This document shows positions 49,615 through 64,000 of a DNA stretch of 64,000 nucleotides, in pieces. A program made the position numbers and the translations under genes. Origin of the DNA: Mobula birostris. Taxonomy: Eukaryota. A model generated the notes under the pieces. It was not told the origin of the DNA, did no database searches, and was given only the letters and a program-made list of their open reading frames with translations. Each line of letters begins with the position of its first letter. Positions within the stretch are counted from its first letter, which is position 1. The stretch lies in assembly GCF_030028105.1 (NCBI RefSeq), contig NC_092381.1, positions 54,214,505 through 54,278,504 of the forward strand, written 5' to 3'.

Positions 49615-49693
49615 TGAGGATGGTGGTACAGTTCCCGGATTCCTGCAGGACCATTATTTGGATTCTTCCTGGAGAAGTAACAGTGGCATTTTG
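49615..49693 (+). CDS. MYSM1: MYSM1 exon 2 (SEDGGTVPGFLQDHYLDSSWRSNSGIL)
   Basis: Conserved DHYLDSSWR motif; taag acceptor, GTAAGA donor; phase 2/0. Confidence 0.92.
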
Positions 49694-50874
49694 GTAAGAC
49701 TAAAATACAAATTCCTGAGAAGCATCAGTTTATTTTTACCGTTTTAATTGGTTAACTGTTCAATGAACCGATCATTACCAGCCAAGCTCACATGCTATGA
49801 TTATCACATGAAAAATAGACAAATAAATGTTTAGTGAGGAAATGACAGCTTTTATTATTGGATTCATTTAATTTAATATGGCAATTTTGTCATTCTTAAT
49901 TTGGCCAGAGATTTAAACCTTTCTCTTCAGCACCATTTGACTTGTAAACTCCTCGAAACTGCAAGTATTTGTATATCTTTTTTTCAGATTTATTTTCAGT
50001 TTTAAAAGGCTCTACCGTTTTAAAAACCTCTTGTACATCACATAGTTTCCACAGTGGACATGATATGTTCGCTCACATTGAAACAGCCTATATCAAATTC
50101 AGGTACAATATCACTGACATATGTCGTGAAATTTAAGATTGCTTATTACTTGCTGATTAAGAACAAATTATATAAGCTCAATTCTTGATAATTAACTTTC
50201 AGATGCTTATTTTAACTGCCTAAAACACCCGACATATTTCGTGGAAAATATCCTTTAAAGGAAGCTCTTTAAATTTTCCTTCTGAGGAATATACGATGAA
50301 ACCAAGAACTTCATCTGCCTTAGCTTGCTCTAATTAAGTAAAATTTATCTGCGCCCTAAATCCATTTATCTGTATTTTGATCCATAATTTCTGATAGTCC
50401 TATTTTGTAAAAATCCTTCAATCCTTGTCTGAAATTTTCATTGAACCTTATGTTATCCATCTTTTGGGTAAAGGAATTATTGATTCCTTTGTGGAAAATC
50501 GTGTTTCCCGAAGGCAGACTAATTTAGATACTCTTCCACCTTGTTCCATATTCCTTTAATACTTCTTTGTATCCACTCAGTTTTAAATACTTCAACTGAG
50601 TTATCTTTTAACCTAATATGTCAGTTAATTTTAACCAAGTTTATGCAATGCATCTTGTGGTTTACCCTTTTGAACCTGAGAAAGTGGAAAATTAGAATAA
50701 TAAAAAATAACACGTTTATATTAGTACATCACAATATCTAAAAAATTTATACTTAATTAGGAGGTTTCAAAGTATAGTTGATATTATTGTATATGTGCAC
50801 ACCAAACTTTGACATATAGTAATAAAAGAAAGTGACTAAGTCTCTTGGCATTGGTAGAAGATTAAAAACTTTGA

Positions 50875-52866
<1,992 letters not shown>

Positions 52867-52944
52867 ATACTACCTAACTGGGAAAAAATACCCACAAAGC
52901 AGCTGGTCTGATCATCCAGAAAAAGGAAAAGTATCTGTGAAAAG
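52867..52944 (+). CDS. MYSM1: MYSM1 exon 4 (EYYLTGKKYPQSSWSDHPEKGKVSVK)
   Basis: Completes EEEYYL; U12 branch point immediately upstream; AAG|GTGAGT donor. Confidence 0.88.
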
Positions 52945-53099
52945 GTGAGTTGTCTAATTTTTTTTTTAAATATTTAAGGCAGACCGATGTGTTGGAAGTT
53001 AACATTTTACCAATACCCTGCATGTTGATGCCCTTTTTGGGTTTTGTGAGGACCATTAATATCCAAACCTTTCTACGGTCGCTCCAAAGAGCTGAATCC

Positions 53100-54890
53100 C
53101 AGAAATGAGGAACGAGCGCTTATTCTTGACAGTAAGGCAGCATTTGATTGAGTGCAGCAATAAGAAGCCCTGGTAAAATACTCGGATGGTTGGAGTCATA
53201 CTTCATACAAATGAAGATGAAAGTAGGTTGATTGTCCTACCCCCTGATCATCATTACAGGAGTTCCTCAGGATACTGCTTCAACAGTGACCATGTTTCCA
53301 TCATCAAGCCCAGAAGTACGAATGTTTGCTGATAATTGCATGATGTTGAATTCCATTTCCAACTCCTCAGTAAAAGGCATTTAGCAAGACCTGGGGAATG
53401 TTCATACATGGGCTTATAAATGCAGGGAAGTGATAGACAGTGACCATTTCCATCAAGAGAGGCTCTAACCTATTCTATTTGCCGTGCAGTGGCATTGCTG
53501 TTACTCAGTCCAATACCATCATCCTAGTATTACTGTTGATTTGAAACTAATTTGGACCATCCAAGTAAATACTGTGGATACAAAAATAGATCACAGGTTG
53601 TGCCCTTACACTTCCTCCCTCACCACCATTCAAAGCCCCAGACAGTCCTTCCAGGTGAGGCAACACTTCACCTGTGAGTCGGCTGGGGTGATATACTGCG
53701 TCCGGTGCTCCCAGTGCGGCCTTCTATATATTGGCGAGACCCGACGCAGGCTGGGAGACCGTTTCGCTGAACACCTACGCTCTGTCCGCCAGAGAAAGCA
53801 GGATCTCCCAGTGGCCACACATTTTAATTCCACGTCCCATTCCCATTCTGATATGTCTATCCATGGCCTCCTCTACTGTCAAGATGAAGCCACACTCAGG
53901 CTGGAGGAACAACACCTTATATTCCGTCTGGGTAGCCTCCAACCTGATGGCATGAACAATTGACTTCTCTAACTTCCGCTAATACCCCACCTCCCCTTCG
54001 TACCCCATCTGTTATTTATTTATTTAATATTAATATTTTTTTTTTCTCCCTCTCCTTTTTCTCCCTCCTTTTTCTCCCTCTGACTATACCCCTTGCCCAT
54101 TCTCTGGCTTCCCCCTCCCCCTTTCTTTCTCCCTCGGACCTCCTGTCCCATGATCCTCTCATATCCCTTTTGCCAATCAACTGTCCAGCTCTTGACTCCA
54201 TCCCTTCCTCTCCTGTCTTCTCCTATCATTTTGGATCTCCCCCTCCCCCTCCCACTTTCAAATCTCTTACTATGTCTTCTTTCAGTTAACTATGATGAAG
54301 GGTTTCGGCCTGAAACGTCGACTGTACCTCTTCCTAGAGATGCTGCCTGGCCTGCTGCGTTCACCAGCAATTTTTATGTGTGTTGTCAGAGGTTGTGTAA
54401 AGTTTTGTTCCACCACCTTCATGATGGAGTACTCTTCACTTGTCTGGATGAATGTAGCGCCAAAAATACTCAAGAAACTCAATACCATGCAAATCAAAGC
54501 AGCTCATTTGATTTGTATTTCATCCACCACTTTAAATATTCACTTCCTCCATTATCTGCATACAGTAGTTATAGTATATGCCATGTAGTAAATAGGCTGC
54601 AGTTGTGCTAATCTGATGGGGCTTTCCAAGTGTGCAAACTCAATCACCAAGACAAGGGCTTCAAGAGCAAGAGAAAATAACCTGCAGCTTTCCCTTCAAC
54701 TTGCCTATCCTCCTGACTTTGAAATATACCACTGCTCCTTTATCAATCCTGAAACTTCCTTCCCAACAGCGGTATAGAATACCTTCATCAATATGAATGC
54801 AGTGCTTCAAGAAGGTAGATTGCAACTGTCTTCTCAAGGGGAGTTACAGATGGTTAGTAAATGCAGGCCTTGCTAGTGTTGCTCAAAAAT
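53100..54890 (+). mobile_element. Old CR1/L2-clade LINE remnant split by a Penelope-like insertion
   Basis: ggagttcctcagg (GVPQ), atgtttgctgat (MFAD), 3' end ttcaagaagg...ttctcaaggg...taaatgcaggccttgc. Confidence 0.55.
53603..54385 (+). mobile_element. Penelope-like element 3' portion (young)
   Basis: Open GIY-YIG frame FTCESAGVIYCVRCSQCGLLYIGETRRRLGDRFAEHLRSV...; terminal repeat; TSD tca(c/g)aggttgtg at 53591-53602 and 54386-54397. Confidence 0.9.
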
Positions 54891-55706
54891 GAATACTTGA
54901 GGGTTAATGAAATCTGAGTTTTTAAAGTTGCCTGATAAAATTTAACAATGACAAAAAAGCAATATTTGAGTTAACAACATGAAAGAAATGATAATATCTG
55001 TGCTTAAGACCAGTTGGCTTAAAGAACCTTTGTGAAATTAGTGCTTTTAGTAAATGAAAATTGTGAGACAGATTGAAGTGCCAGTTTTTCTTTCTAATAA
55101 CCTGTTCTCAGAAGACTGCAGTAATATTTGCAGAGTGCTCCATGTAACGGACAGGGACAATTTAAAATAATTTAGTATATGATAACCATCCTAGATAGGC
55201 ATGAGTACATGGTGGCATTGAATAGGACCTGGGTAGAGATTGCTTATGAAACCTTTTACAGTCAAATATTAATATTCTTCTCAATTGAAAGTGATTATAT
55301 TTGTTGTGAGATATTCAGGATTTCCAGCACCAGTCTATACCTGCCTGTAATATTGGAAGGGAGGAAAATTAATTGGAATTTGGAAAAAAAGAACTACAAA
55401 GTTTATTGCATAATTTCTCAAACAATTTATGCTATACAGGGAACAGTTTGTACAAGCTCACATGGTAGCAGCTATGAGGCTCATTTGTTTGCATGCATTG
55501 TGCATTAAAAAACCTATCTTGTGTTCATGTTTCCTCTTGTAACACTGGGCTTTCACCAATGTCATTTTGCATCTGGCTGCCGATATTTGTACAAGATATG
55601 TTTTGTATTTGACTCTCCTGTTTTGCTGTTTCTGCACGTATTATTTCTTGGCCGCAGTAAGTACCATTGGAGGCGAGTTGCAAGCAACGTCAAAGTAACT
55701 TTCGGG

Positions 55707-55786
55707 CAGGGGTTGCCAACCTGGGGTCCATAGACCCCTTGCTCAGTGATATTGGACCACGGCATAAAAAAGGTTGGGAATCCATG
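55707..55786. mobile_element. 80-bp hAT-type MITE
   Basis: TIRs CAGGGGTTGCCAACC / GGTTGGGAATCCATG; 8-bp TSD cttt(c/a)ggg. Confidence 0.75.
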
Positions 55787-55889
55787 CTTTAGGGCAATTC
55801 ACTAAGTCACCATGTCATAGAGAGAGGGAAACAGTAAAGTAGCAAGTCCTTCATCCTCCACACCAACCATTACATATCCATTTTTAAGA

Positions 55890-56120
55890 TAATCCTACCG
55901 TAACCCATTTTCTCCCCACATTCCCATCAGCTTCCCCTTAGATTCTACCATTCATCAGTTAACTTTCTAAGGTTCTCTTTCTTGGGAGGAAACTGGGAAA
56001 CCCGCACCGTCACAGGGAGAACACGTGGACCTCCACAATCAATACCAGAGGTCGGTTTTGAACCTGTGTTATTGAAGCTCTGGGTCAGCGACTCTAGTAG
56101 CCACATCATTGTGCCACCCT
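55890..56120 (-). mobile_element. HE1/V-SINE-like remnant
   Basis: tgggaggaaactgg...gtcacagggagaac...ctccaca...ttgaacc pattern typical of elasmobranch SINEs in reverse orientation. Confidence 0.55.
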
Positions 56121-57988
56121 AACATTATATGACCATGAATATCATTTAAAAATAATCTTTACTTTATTGCTGTATTATGTCTACAGTTAGCTGTCCTAGA
56201 GCAAACAAACCTGGCTTCAATTGGCCACATCAATATTTTTCTATAGAGAAATAACAATGATTAGAAACTTACTTGGACAGAAGTTATGACTGTGAGCACA
56301 CAGAATCTTGCTCTGTGCATTTATTCTCTCTGACATCATGACAACACACATTGAAAAGAAATTTGCATATAGTATTTATGAATATCTCCATTCCAAGGTA
56401 GACTGGTTATTTTTATTGTTCGGATTCTTTGAATCAGTTGGCTTTAGCTTTGTAGAGCTCCCTATTACAACCCTTAGCCCCCCCCCCCCCCAAATTTGAC
56501 TATTGCTTGCACAACTTAATGTGAGTACATGGATAGAAAAAATCTGTCCATCATTAAGCCTGGAGCAATGTATTTAGTATTTTGTAGGATGAATTTGTTA
56601 TTTGTCCAGTCATTTTCCGCATTTGCTGAGTTTGCTTTCCTCGATGGTTGTGACTATGTACTGTAAACACAAGAGTTGAAGGGTCTTTGCCTGAAAGGTT
56701 GACTGTTTATTTCCCCAGGTACTGCTTGACCTGCTGAGTTCCTCTTGCATTTTGTTGCTCATATGTTGTTTTCACTCTTTATTACATGGCTGGTAATTTA
56801 TTGTTTTAAGTATTTGATTGAACTAATTTCATTCGCTGAAATGTTTTTGTTGAGGAGAAGAAACAGAATTCCTAATTTGCAATTAATTGTTAGGAAGAAT
56901 ACATCTCTAGTACAGACATAGGAAAGATTATGTTTACTTCTGTGATGATAAATCATTTCATTTGTACTGGCCGTTGAACTGTAATTACATATTTTCAAGT
57001 TAGAACTGTTACGTATGTGAATATGAAGTTCATCCTGCATCTGAATATTTAATAATAAATCAGTCTTGTGACAAACATAGCAACCTTCTAAGTGTACAGC
57101 ATGCTTTACAAAGTGTAGCATTTAATTGAAGGGAGAAATTACCATAAGGCTTTTCATGTGTGTATCCCCGACTGGCTAAAACTGAGTACTTTCTGGCAAG
57201 TTTCATTCTTGTTACTGGTTTGAAAGTTCAGCAGTGGATGGCATGTCTCCACAACTGAAGTAGCTTTTTTGCATTCATGCTGAAAGCCCTCTTTTTGACT
57301 TTGATTTGAACCTGCATAGGGGGTGCCAGGAGAAGGAAGATGAATAATTCATTACAAAAGATAAATATTTCTCTTTCACCTCCTCCAACTTTAAATGGAA
57401 GTATTCATTTATTCATGCAAAAATAGTTTGCTAATTTAAACCACGTTTAATAGACTCGAAAGATACACCATTGCTTTACTGGAAACTAGATTTTATTTGA
57501 TGGAGATTATTACTGTATCGATAAACTTCTGGAAGAGCTAAACTCTCATAAAGAAAAGAATCTATTGACATTTTACTAGTTATTTTTGTTGGGTGACGTT
57601 GCAGATCAAGAGAAGCATTTAGCTATGCGGTACTAAGGCAGATCATCAATCAGCATTTTAGTTTGAGAAGATCTGATATTGATATACTGTGTTCCTGTTC
57701 TTAGTTATGCAATGTATTAAAGTTGCTGAATGGAGGTCAAACAATTCTATCGAGCAGGAGTAAGACATTTAAAGCAAATTTTCCCAAGCTGATGATAGCT
57801 GGGTTTACAGGAAAGGGGAAAAGACCTGTTAAATTATAAGCAGTTAAATTATGAACTTTTGATTTTTAACATTTACTTTTTAATTGTGAAAATAAAACTA
57901 AATGGAGTTAATATGTTAGTAGTCATTGATTATGAAGCTTATTGTTTTCTTGCTGCACACTTAACCTTTATTCTTGTTTTTACCATAG

Positions 57989-58018
57989 TATTCGTCAAAA
58001 GAAAACTGTGAAAAGTCG
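57989..58018 (+). CDS. MYSM1: MYSM1 probable 30-nt micro-exon 5 (SIRQKKTVKS)
   Basis: Branch-like CTTAAC, pyrimidine tract, catag acceptor, GTATGT donor; symmetric phase 2; the SANT/SWIRM/JAMM exons were not found in the window. Confidence 0.65.
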
Positions 58019-58479
58019 GTATGTACGGCTTATCTATTAAGTATTTTGTTTAGTTAGTAGCAATGTATTAACAATTTTTTTATATGCTTCTGCTTCCTAT
58101 CAAGTAAGTTAGTTATTTTTTTTTATTGGATATGTTCTTTTACGATGTCTAATTCTGAGTTCAACATCAGTTCCTCAAGCTCCCTCTGCCAATCATACAA
58201 CCTTACAATCATACAACAGAGGCCGTGGTTCCACCTCCCTCTCTGCAGTTACCTGTCAAAGCCCCTCAGATGTGATTCAATATGATCACCTGCCATTTTT
58301 CAGATGTCCACTGAGTATTAGCCCCAGCTTATTCAAATATTCTTCAGAGAAATAGCCTTCTTACTAGGAATCAACCTGGTGAGCTTTTTGCTGAATTTTC
58401 TTCGAAGAATATATATATAAAAACATATGAAAACACAAAGAACATATATCCCTCCTTAAAGAAGAAATCATAGCTTTAA

Positions 58480-60657
58480 TAAAGTATTGGAGAAGCTGAA
58501 GTTTTATAAAATATTGGAGAAGCTAAAGTCAGATGTATCAGTATTACAGTGGAGTAAAGAGAATTACAGAGGCATGAGAGAGGAGTTGGCCAGAATTGAT
58601 TGGAAAAGAACACTGGCAAGGATGACGACAAAGCAGCAATGGCTGAATTTCTGTAAGCAATTTGGAAGGCACAGGATATATACATCCCAAAGAGGAAGAA
58701 TACACAACCATAGCTAACAAAAAGTCAAAGCCAACATAAAAGCCAAAGAGATGGCGTATAATAGAGCAAAAATTAATACAAAGTTAGAGGATTGGGAAGC
58801 TTTTAAAAACCAATGGTTTTAAGAAGGTCATTAAGAAGGTAAAGATGGAATATGAAAGTAAGCTAGCCAATAATAATAAAGGGGAATACCAGAAGTTTTT
58901 TAAGATACATAAAGTGTAAAAGAGAGGTGAGAGTGGATATCAGACCACTGGAAAATATGTTGGAGAGGTAGTAATGGGGGACAACAAAATGGCAGATGAA
59001 CTGAATAAATATTTTGCATCAGTCTTCACTGTGGAAGACATAGCTGTGTGGTGGAAGTTCCAGGTGTCAGGGATCATGAAGTGTGTGATGTTACCATAAC
59101 TAGAGAGATGGTTCTTCAGAAACTGAAAGTAGATAAGTCACCTGGACCAGATAGTGTACATCCCAGGGTTCTGAAAGAGCTGGCTGAAGACATTGTGGAA
59201 GCGGCAGTAATGCTCTTTCAAGAATCACTAGATTCTGGAATGGTTGTGGAAGACTGGAAAATTGCAAATGCCACTCCACTCTTCAAGAAGGGAGAGAGGC
59301 AGAAGAGAGGAAACTATAGACCAGTTAGTTTGACTTCAGTGGTTGGGAAGATCTTGGAGTCAATTACTAAGCATGTCGTCTCAGGGTACTTGGAGGCCTA
59401 TGATAAAATAGGCCGTAGTCAGCATGATTGCCTGACTAATCTGTTGGAATTCTTTGTCAAAATAACAAACGGGATAGACAAAGGAGAACTGGTTGATATT
59501 GTGTACTTGGATTTTTAGAAGGTCTATGACAAGGTGCCACACATGAGGCTGCTTCACAAGCTACAAGCCCATGGTATTGTGGGAAATATTCTAGCATGGT
59601 TAAAACAGTGGATGATTGACAGGAGGCAAAGAGTGGGAATAAAGAGAATCTTTTCTGGTTGGCTGCTGGTGACTAGTGGTGCTCCGCAGAAGTCTGTGTT
59701 GGAACTGATAATTTTTACGGTAAATTTCAATGATTTGGATGATGGAATTGATGGTTTTATTGCAAAGGTTGCAGACGATATAAAGATAGATGGAGGGGCA
59801 GATAGTTTTGAGGAAGTAGAGAGGCTACAGAAGGACTTAGATTAGGAGAATGGGCAAAGAAATGGCAGATGGAATACAGTGTTGGGAAGTGTATGGTCAT
59901 GCACTTTGGTCGAAGAAATGAAAGTGTTGACTATTCTTTAAATGGAGAGAAAATACATTGTGTGGGATTCCCTAAAGGTTAATTTGCAGGTTGAGTCTGT
60001 GGTGAGAAAGACAAATGCAATGTTAGTATTCATTTCAAGTGGACCCGAATATAAAAGTGAGGGTGTAATGTTGAGACTTTATAAAGCACTGGGGAGGCAT
60101 CACTCGGAGTATTGTCAGCAGTTTTGGGCCCCATATTTTAGAAAGGATGTGCGGAAACTGGAAAGGGTTCAAAGGAGGTTCACCAAAATGATTCCAGGAT
60201 TAAACAGATTCTCATGTGAAGAGTGTTTGATGGCTCTTGGTCTGTATTCATTCGAATTCAGAAGAATGAGGGATGTCCTCATTGAAACCTATAAAATGGT
60301 GAAATGCCTTGATAGATTGGATGTGGAGAGGACGTTTCCTATGGTGGGAGAGCTTAAGACCAGAGGAAACAGCCTTAGAATAGAGAATTGTCATCTTAGA
60401 ATGGAGATGAGGAATTTCTTTAGCCAGAGAGTGGTGAAACCGGAATTCTTTGACACAGACAACTGTGGAGGCCAAGTCTTTGTATATATTTAAGGCAGAG
60501 GTTAATAGATTCTTGACTGGTCAGGGCACAAGGGGATACTGGGAGAAGGCAGGAGATTGGGGCTGAGAGGAAAAATCGATCAGCCATGATGAAATGGCGG
60601 AGCAGACTCCATGGGCCAAATGGCTAATTCTGCTCCTGTATCTTATGGTCTTATGGT
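58480..60657 (+). mobile_element. CR1 LINE, ~2.2 kb ORF2 remnant
   Basis: KSPGPDSVHPRVLKE, WKIANATPLFKKG, NYRPVSLTSVVGK, YLDF, ADD, LERVQRRFTKMIPGL, (tcttatgg)2 tail. Confidence 0.92.
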
Positions 60658-61604
60658 TTAAAAATAGGGAATGCTGGCTGTACTCAACAGGTTTGACAGC
60701 ATGTGTAACAAGAGAAACATCGTTATTTTGTGTTGATGAACTTTTATAAGACCTTCACTGGGCCAAAGCTGTATGCAGCATTTCAGGTGTAGTATCAATA
60801 TTGTGCTACAGAGTCATAGCAACAATCACCTACTGAAATACACTACTCTTTTACAACAGTCTCTATTTCCCATCCTAATTAGCTGCTATCTCATTTGTTT
60901 TCCCACCTATCATTTTATTGTCAACAAATTTGCCAACACTAGATTTGATCCTTTTATCTAAGTCATTAATGTAGATTGTAAATAATTTGTATCTGATGGA
61001 TTGCTATGCTGAAAATGTTGTATTTATCCTGATGTCTTGTTTTTTTGTTAGGCAGCTACTTCTCTTTCTAATACACTGTATATATATTTAAGTTATATGG
61101 TAACCTTTTATGCTGTATCTTACTTGGCTGCCCTTTGAAAATTCAAGAAAGTTTTTGAAACTTTGAAGTGCAAAATTGAGACTGAGGGTTATATTTATGC
61201 AGGTGGACTGGAGAAGATTATTTTTGTTAGGCCAAAAGAGATTAGGTGTGCATGAAGCCATGAATATTGAGAGAATATGGAAAAACTGCATGAGAAATTC
61301 AGTTGCATAATGGAACTTTGTTATGCATTACATGATTAATTAATAGCATAAAATTTTTTATAGTTTGCAAATGACACTTTCATGCACATTGTGTGCATGT
61401 TGAGAAATATATTTGTGCTTTTCCATGTGTATGACATGCCTACAGTGGAAACTGCTAGGTGCACAGCAGTGAAAGTATGCACTGGGGTTGCTGGGCACAG
61501 ATTCAATACTGATGTAAAGAGGATAAAATCTTTGAATGGATATGGAGAATGCATAGGGGTAGTGTGAGTAATTGGATTGCTCTTCATAACAAATAAAATA
61601 ACTA

Positions 61605-61820
61605 TCAAAAACCTGTAGATGCTGGAAATCTGATATTGAGAAAAACAGAAATTGCTGGAAATATCAGGCCAGGCAGCATCTATGGAAAGGTGAACAGCTG
61701 GAGCTTTAGGCTCAGAATCTTTCATCAGAACTGAGAAAGAGAAACAATTTGACAAAGCAGAGGAAGTGGGGAGAAGGGAATAGGTGGAATAAAGGGAATT
61801 TCTTTGATAGGTTGTGACAG
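61605..61820 (-). mobile_element. Penelope-like terminal repeat remnant
   Basis: gatgctggaaatc...caggccaggcagcatctatgg...ttcatcagaactg. Confidence 0.65.
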
Positions 61821-61965
61821 GATTTCCTAATGAAGCAGTCAATCAAGTTAAGCTTCTTTGTTTAATGTTAATGACAAGGATATGGCCATGTGGAGCAGGG
61901 CAGCACATACAAAAAGGGAAAATCTGAGTCAAAGAGATGAAACTTAAAAGTGCCCAGTTCTTACA

Positions 61966-62833
61966 CAGGTTGAGTATCCCTTATCCAAAAATCCAAAATC
62001 CAAAACCTTTGAAATTCAAAATTTTTTTGAGCATTGACAAATCGTCACAAATGGAAAATCCCGCAAGGCGCTGGGAAAGTTCCCAGGCAATACGCAGGTC
62101 TCTGTGCACCACAGACAGTTCTGAGAAATGACTTCACATCTGTAATGAAGAGAAGTTAAGGAAAATAGAAAAAACGCATAAATCAAAAAATGAAGATCTC
62201 GATTGTGTGTTGAAAGAGTGGATTTGTCAGTGTCAGAGTGAACATATGCCACTTAACAGTATACTGACCATGAAACAAGCAAAGATCTATCATGACAAAC
62301 TGAAAATTGAAAGTAATGTGAATATTCAGTGGGTTGGTTGCAGAAATTTTAGAAAAGGCACGCATTACATTTTTAAAGCATCTGCTGATCATGAATCAGC
62401 AGAAAAATAAATTGATGAGTTCACCAAGATCCTCACTGATGAGAATCTAACATCACAACAATGCTGATTGTTCTCATATAAGACCTAAAAAATAGTAAAA
62501 TACAAATACAGTGTACCGTTTCCTTTTAATCAAAATACGGCATCGTAGGTGGAAACAATCCTGCCGTTGTTTGTCGTTCACCAGCTGATTCAGCTTCTCT
62601 TCTGATGCTGCTGTGCTGTTACCCGGCACACATTATGTTTTCATTTTATTAACAGTATGTAATGATTTTTACTGCTGAGTACATATGTGTGATGAACAAG
62701 AATAAAACTAAGACTGGTTACCAGTTGTACATAAATTCAGAGTCCGAAATAATAGTGATTCCAAAATATGAAAAGATCTGCAATCCGAAACACTTCCACC
62801 CCCAAGCATTTCAGATAATGGGTACTCAACCTG
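61966..62833 (+). mobile_element. Tigger/pogo-family deleted DNA transposon
   Basis: TIRs CAGGTTGAGTATCCCTTATC / GATAATGGGTACTCAACCTG-TA; CENP-B-type HTH remnant (EDLDCVLKEWICQCQSEHMPLNS...KQAKIYH). Confidence 0.85.
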
Positions 62834-63764
62834 TACAAACAGGAAGAAAAAATGAATTATAGAAAGTTAAAAATTCAGTATTTAGTTCTGCAGGTTTGAA
62901 TGTGCCCAGATGGAAGAGAGGTTGCTTTTCTTTAAGCTTGCCTTGGGCCTCTTTGTAATAGTACAGGAGTACACTCAGTGTCCTCTGATAGTTGAGAATG
63001 TGTTTCTTCCTTACTGTAATTGCATATCAGAGAAAAATTTTTTGCTAAAGACCTGCTATTCATGAAGTGAATGTGCTGCAAACTGAGCGATAGACCTCAA
63101 AAAAATGACATATGGAGGGAAGCTGACCACAACTATAGAGTATGCAATGGCATGAGGATTACCTTCCTCAGCATCGGTTGCTATCAGGCATCAGCTGAGG
63201 GGATCTTTGGCATCCTCAAATGTTATCAAAATAATCATTGAAAAAATCATTTGGATGTGCTAATAAACCAAGTGAATGTAAAGGATCCTGTGGTATAATT
63301 TCAAAGAACAGCAGATTTTAAAAATCCAATATCCTGTCAACGTTAAACATCCAATTAACATCACTAGGTGTGATCATCTGTTCAGTATTATGTGCTGGTT
63401 GTGGAGCTTGCTATGTTCAGATTGGAGCCTGATTTTTCCCCCTTTGATTAGTGATAACCTTTCAGATCTATTTCATTGGCTATACAGCATTTTTCAATGT
63501 CCTGAGGTCATGTGTACTTTTCTCATGGAATACAAACCATGAAGGAAACTAAAACACTTATAATGTGCTCAATTAAGAAACAAATGCAGTCACAGAATTC
63601 AAACAGAAAATGAAACATCGTAAGTTTTATTTTCAATTATTCTAAACTATGGAATTTTGCAATACTGAACTAAAGAATTTTGAATCCACATATATTAAAT
63701 AAATTGGCCCAAAGAGAGATGATGGAAGTGTTGTGGTGTAGCAGGAAATCATTGACAACAACTC

Positions 63765-64000
63765 CAAGTATGGTCTGACCAATGCTTTATAAAGCCTCAA
63801 CATCACATCCTTGCTTTTATATTCTAGTCCTCTTGAAATGAATGCAAACATGGCATTTGTCTTCCTTACCACAGATTCAATCTGCAAATTAGCATTTAGG
63901 GAAATCCTGCACAAGGACTCTGATTTTTGAAATTTCTCCCTGTTTAGAAAATAGTCTACACCTTTATTCCAACTACTAAAGCGCATAACCATGCACTTCC
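63765..64000 (-). mobile_element. CR1 fragment
   Basis: TNAMFAFISRGLEYKSKDVMLRLYKALVRPYLE. Confidence 0.82.

Overview
Eukaryotic, repeat-rich vertebrate DNA. The repeat landscape (CR1, Penelope-like, Rex1, Tc1, Tigger, Harbinger, tRNA-SINEs) and gene content suggest a cartilaginous fish (inference). Three + strand genes can be read directly. (1) An intronless CARD + ankyrin-repeat gene matching caiap (24174-26423). (2) An uncharacterised 5-exon gene (31021-42145, 275 aa), only fragmentarily present in the ORF track, whose N-terminal ~100 aa align residue-by-residue with the spliceosomal factor ISY1. (3) The first five coding exons of MYSM1 (42828-58018, continuing beyond the window), including a textbook U12-type intron. 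Scattered minus-strand exon-like segments in 1.2-23.3 kb may be a divergently transcribed, probably decayed gene. The Penelope-like repeats carry minimal hammerhead ribozyme motifs, one with a fully intact core (5401-5436, - strand). Most short ORFs in the track are repeat-derived. Family assignments are from recalled sequence knowledge, not database searches, and repeat boundaries are approximate unless TIRs/TSDs are cited.
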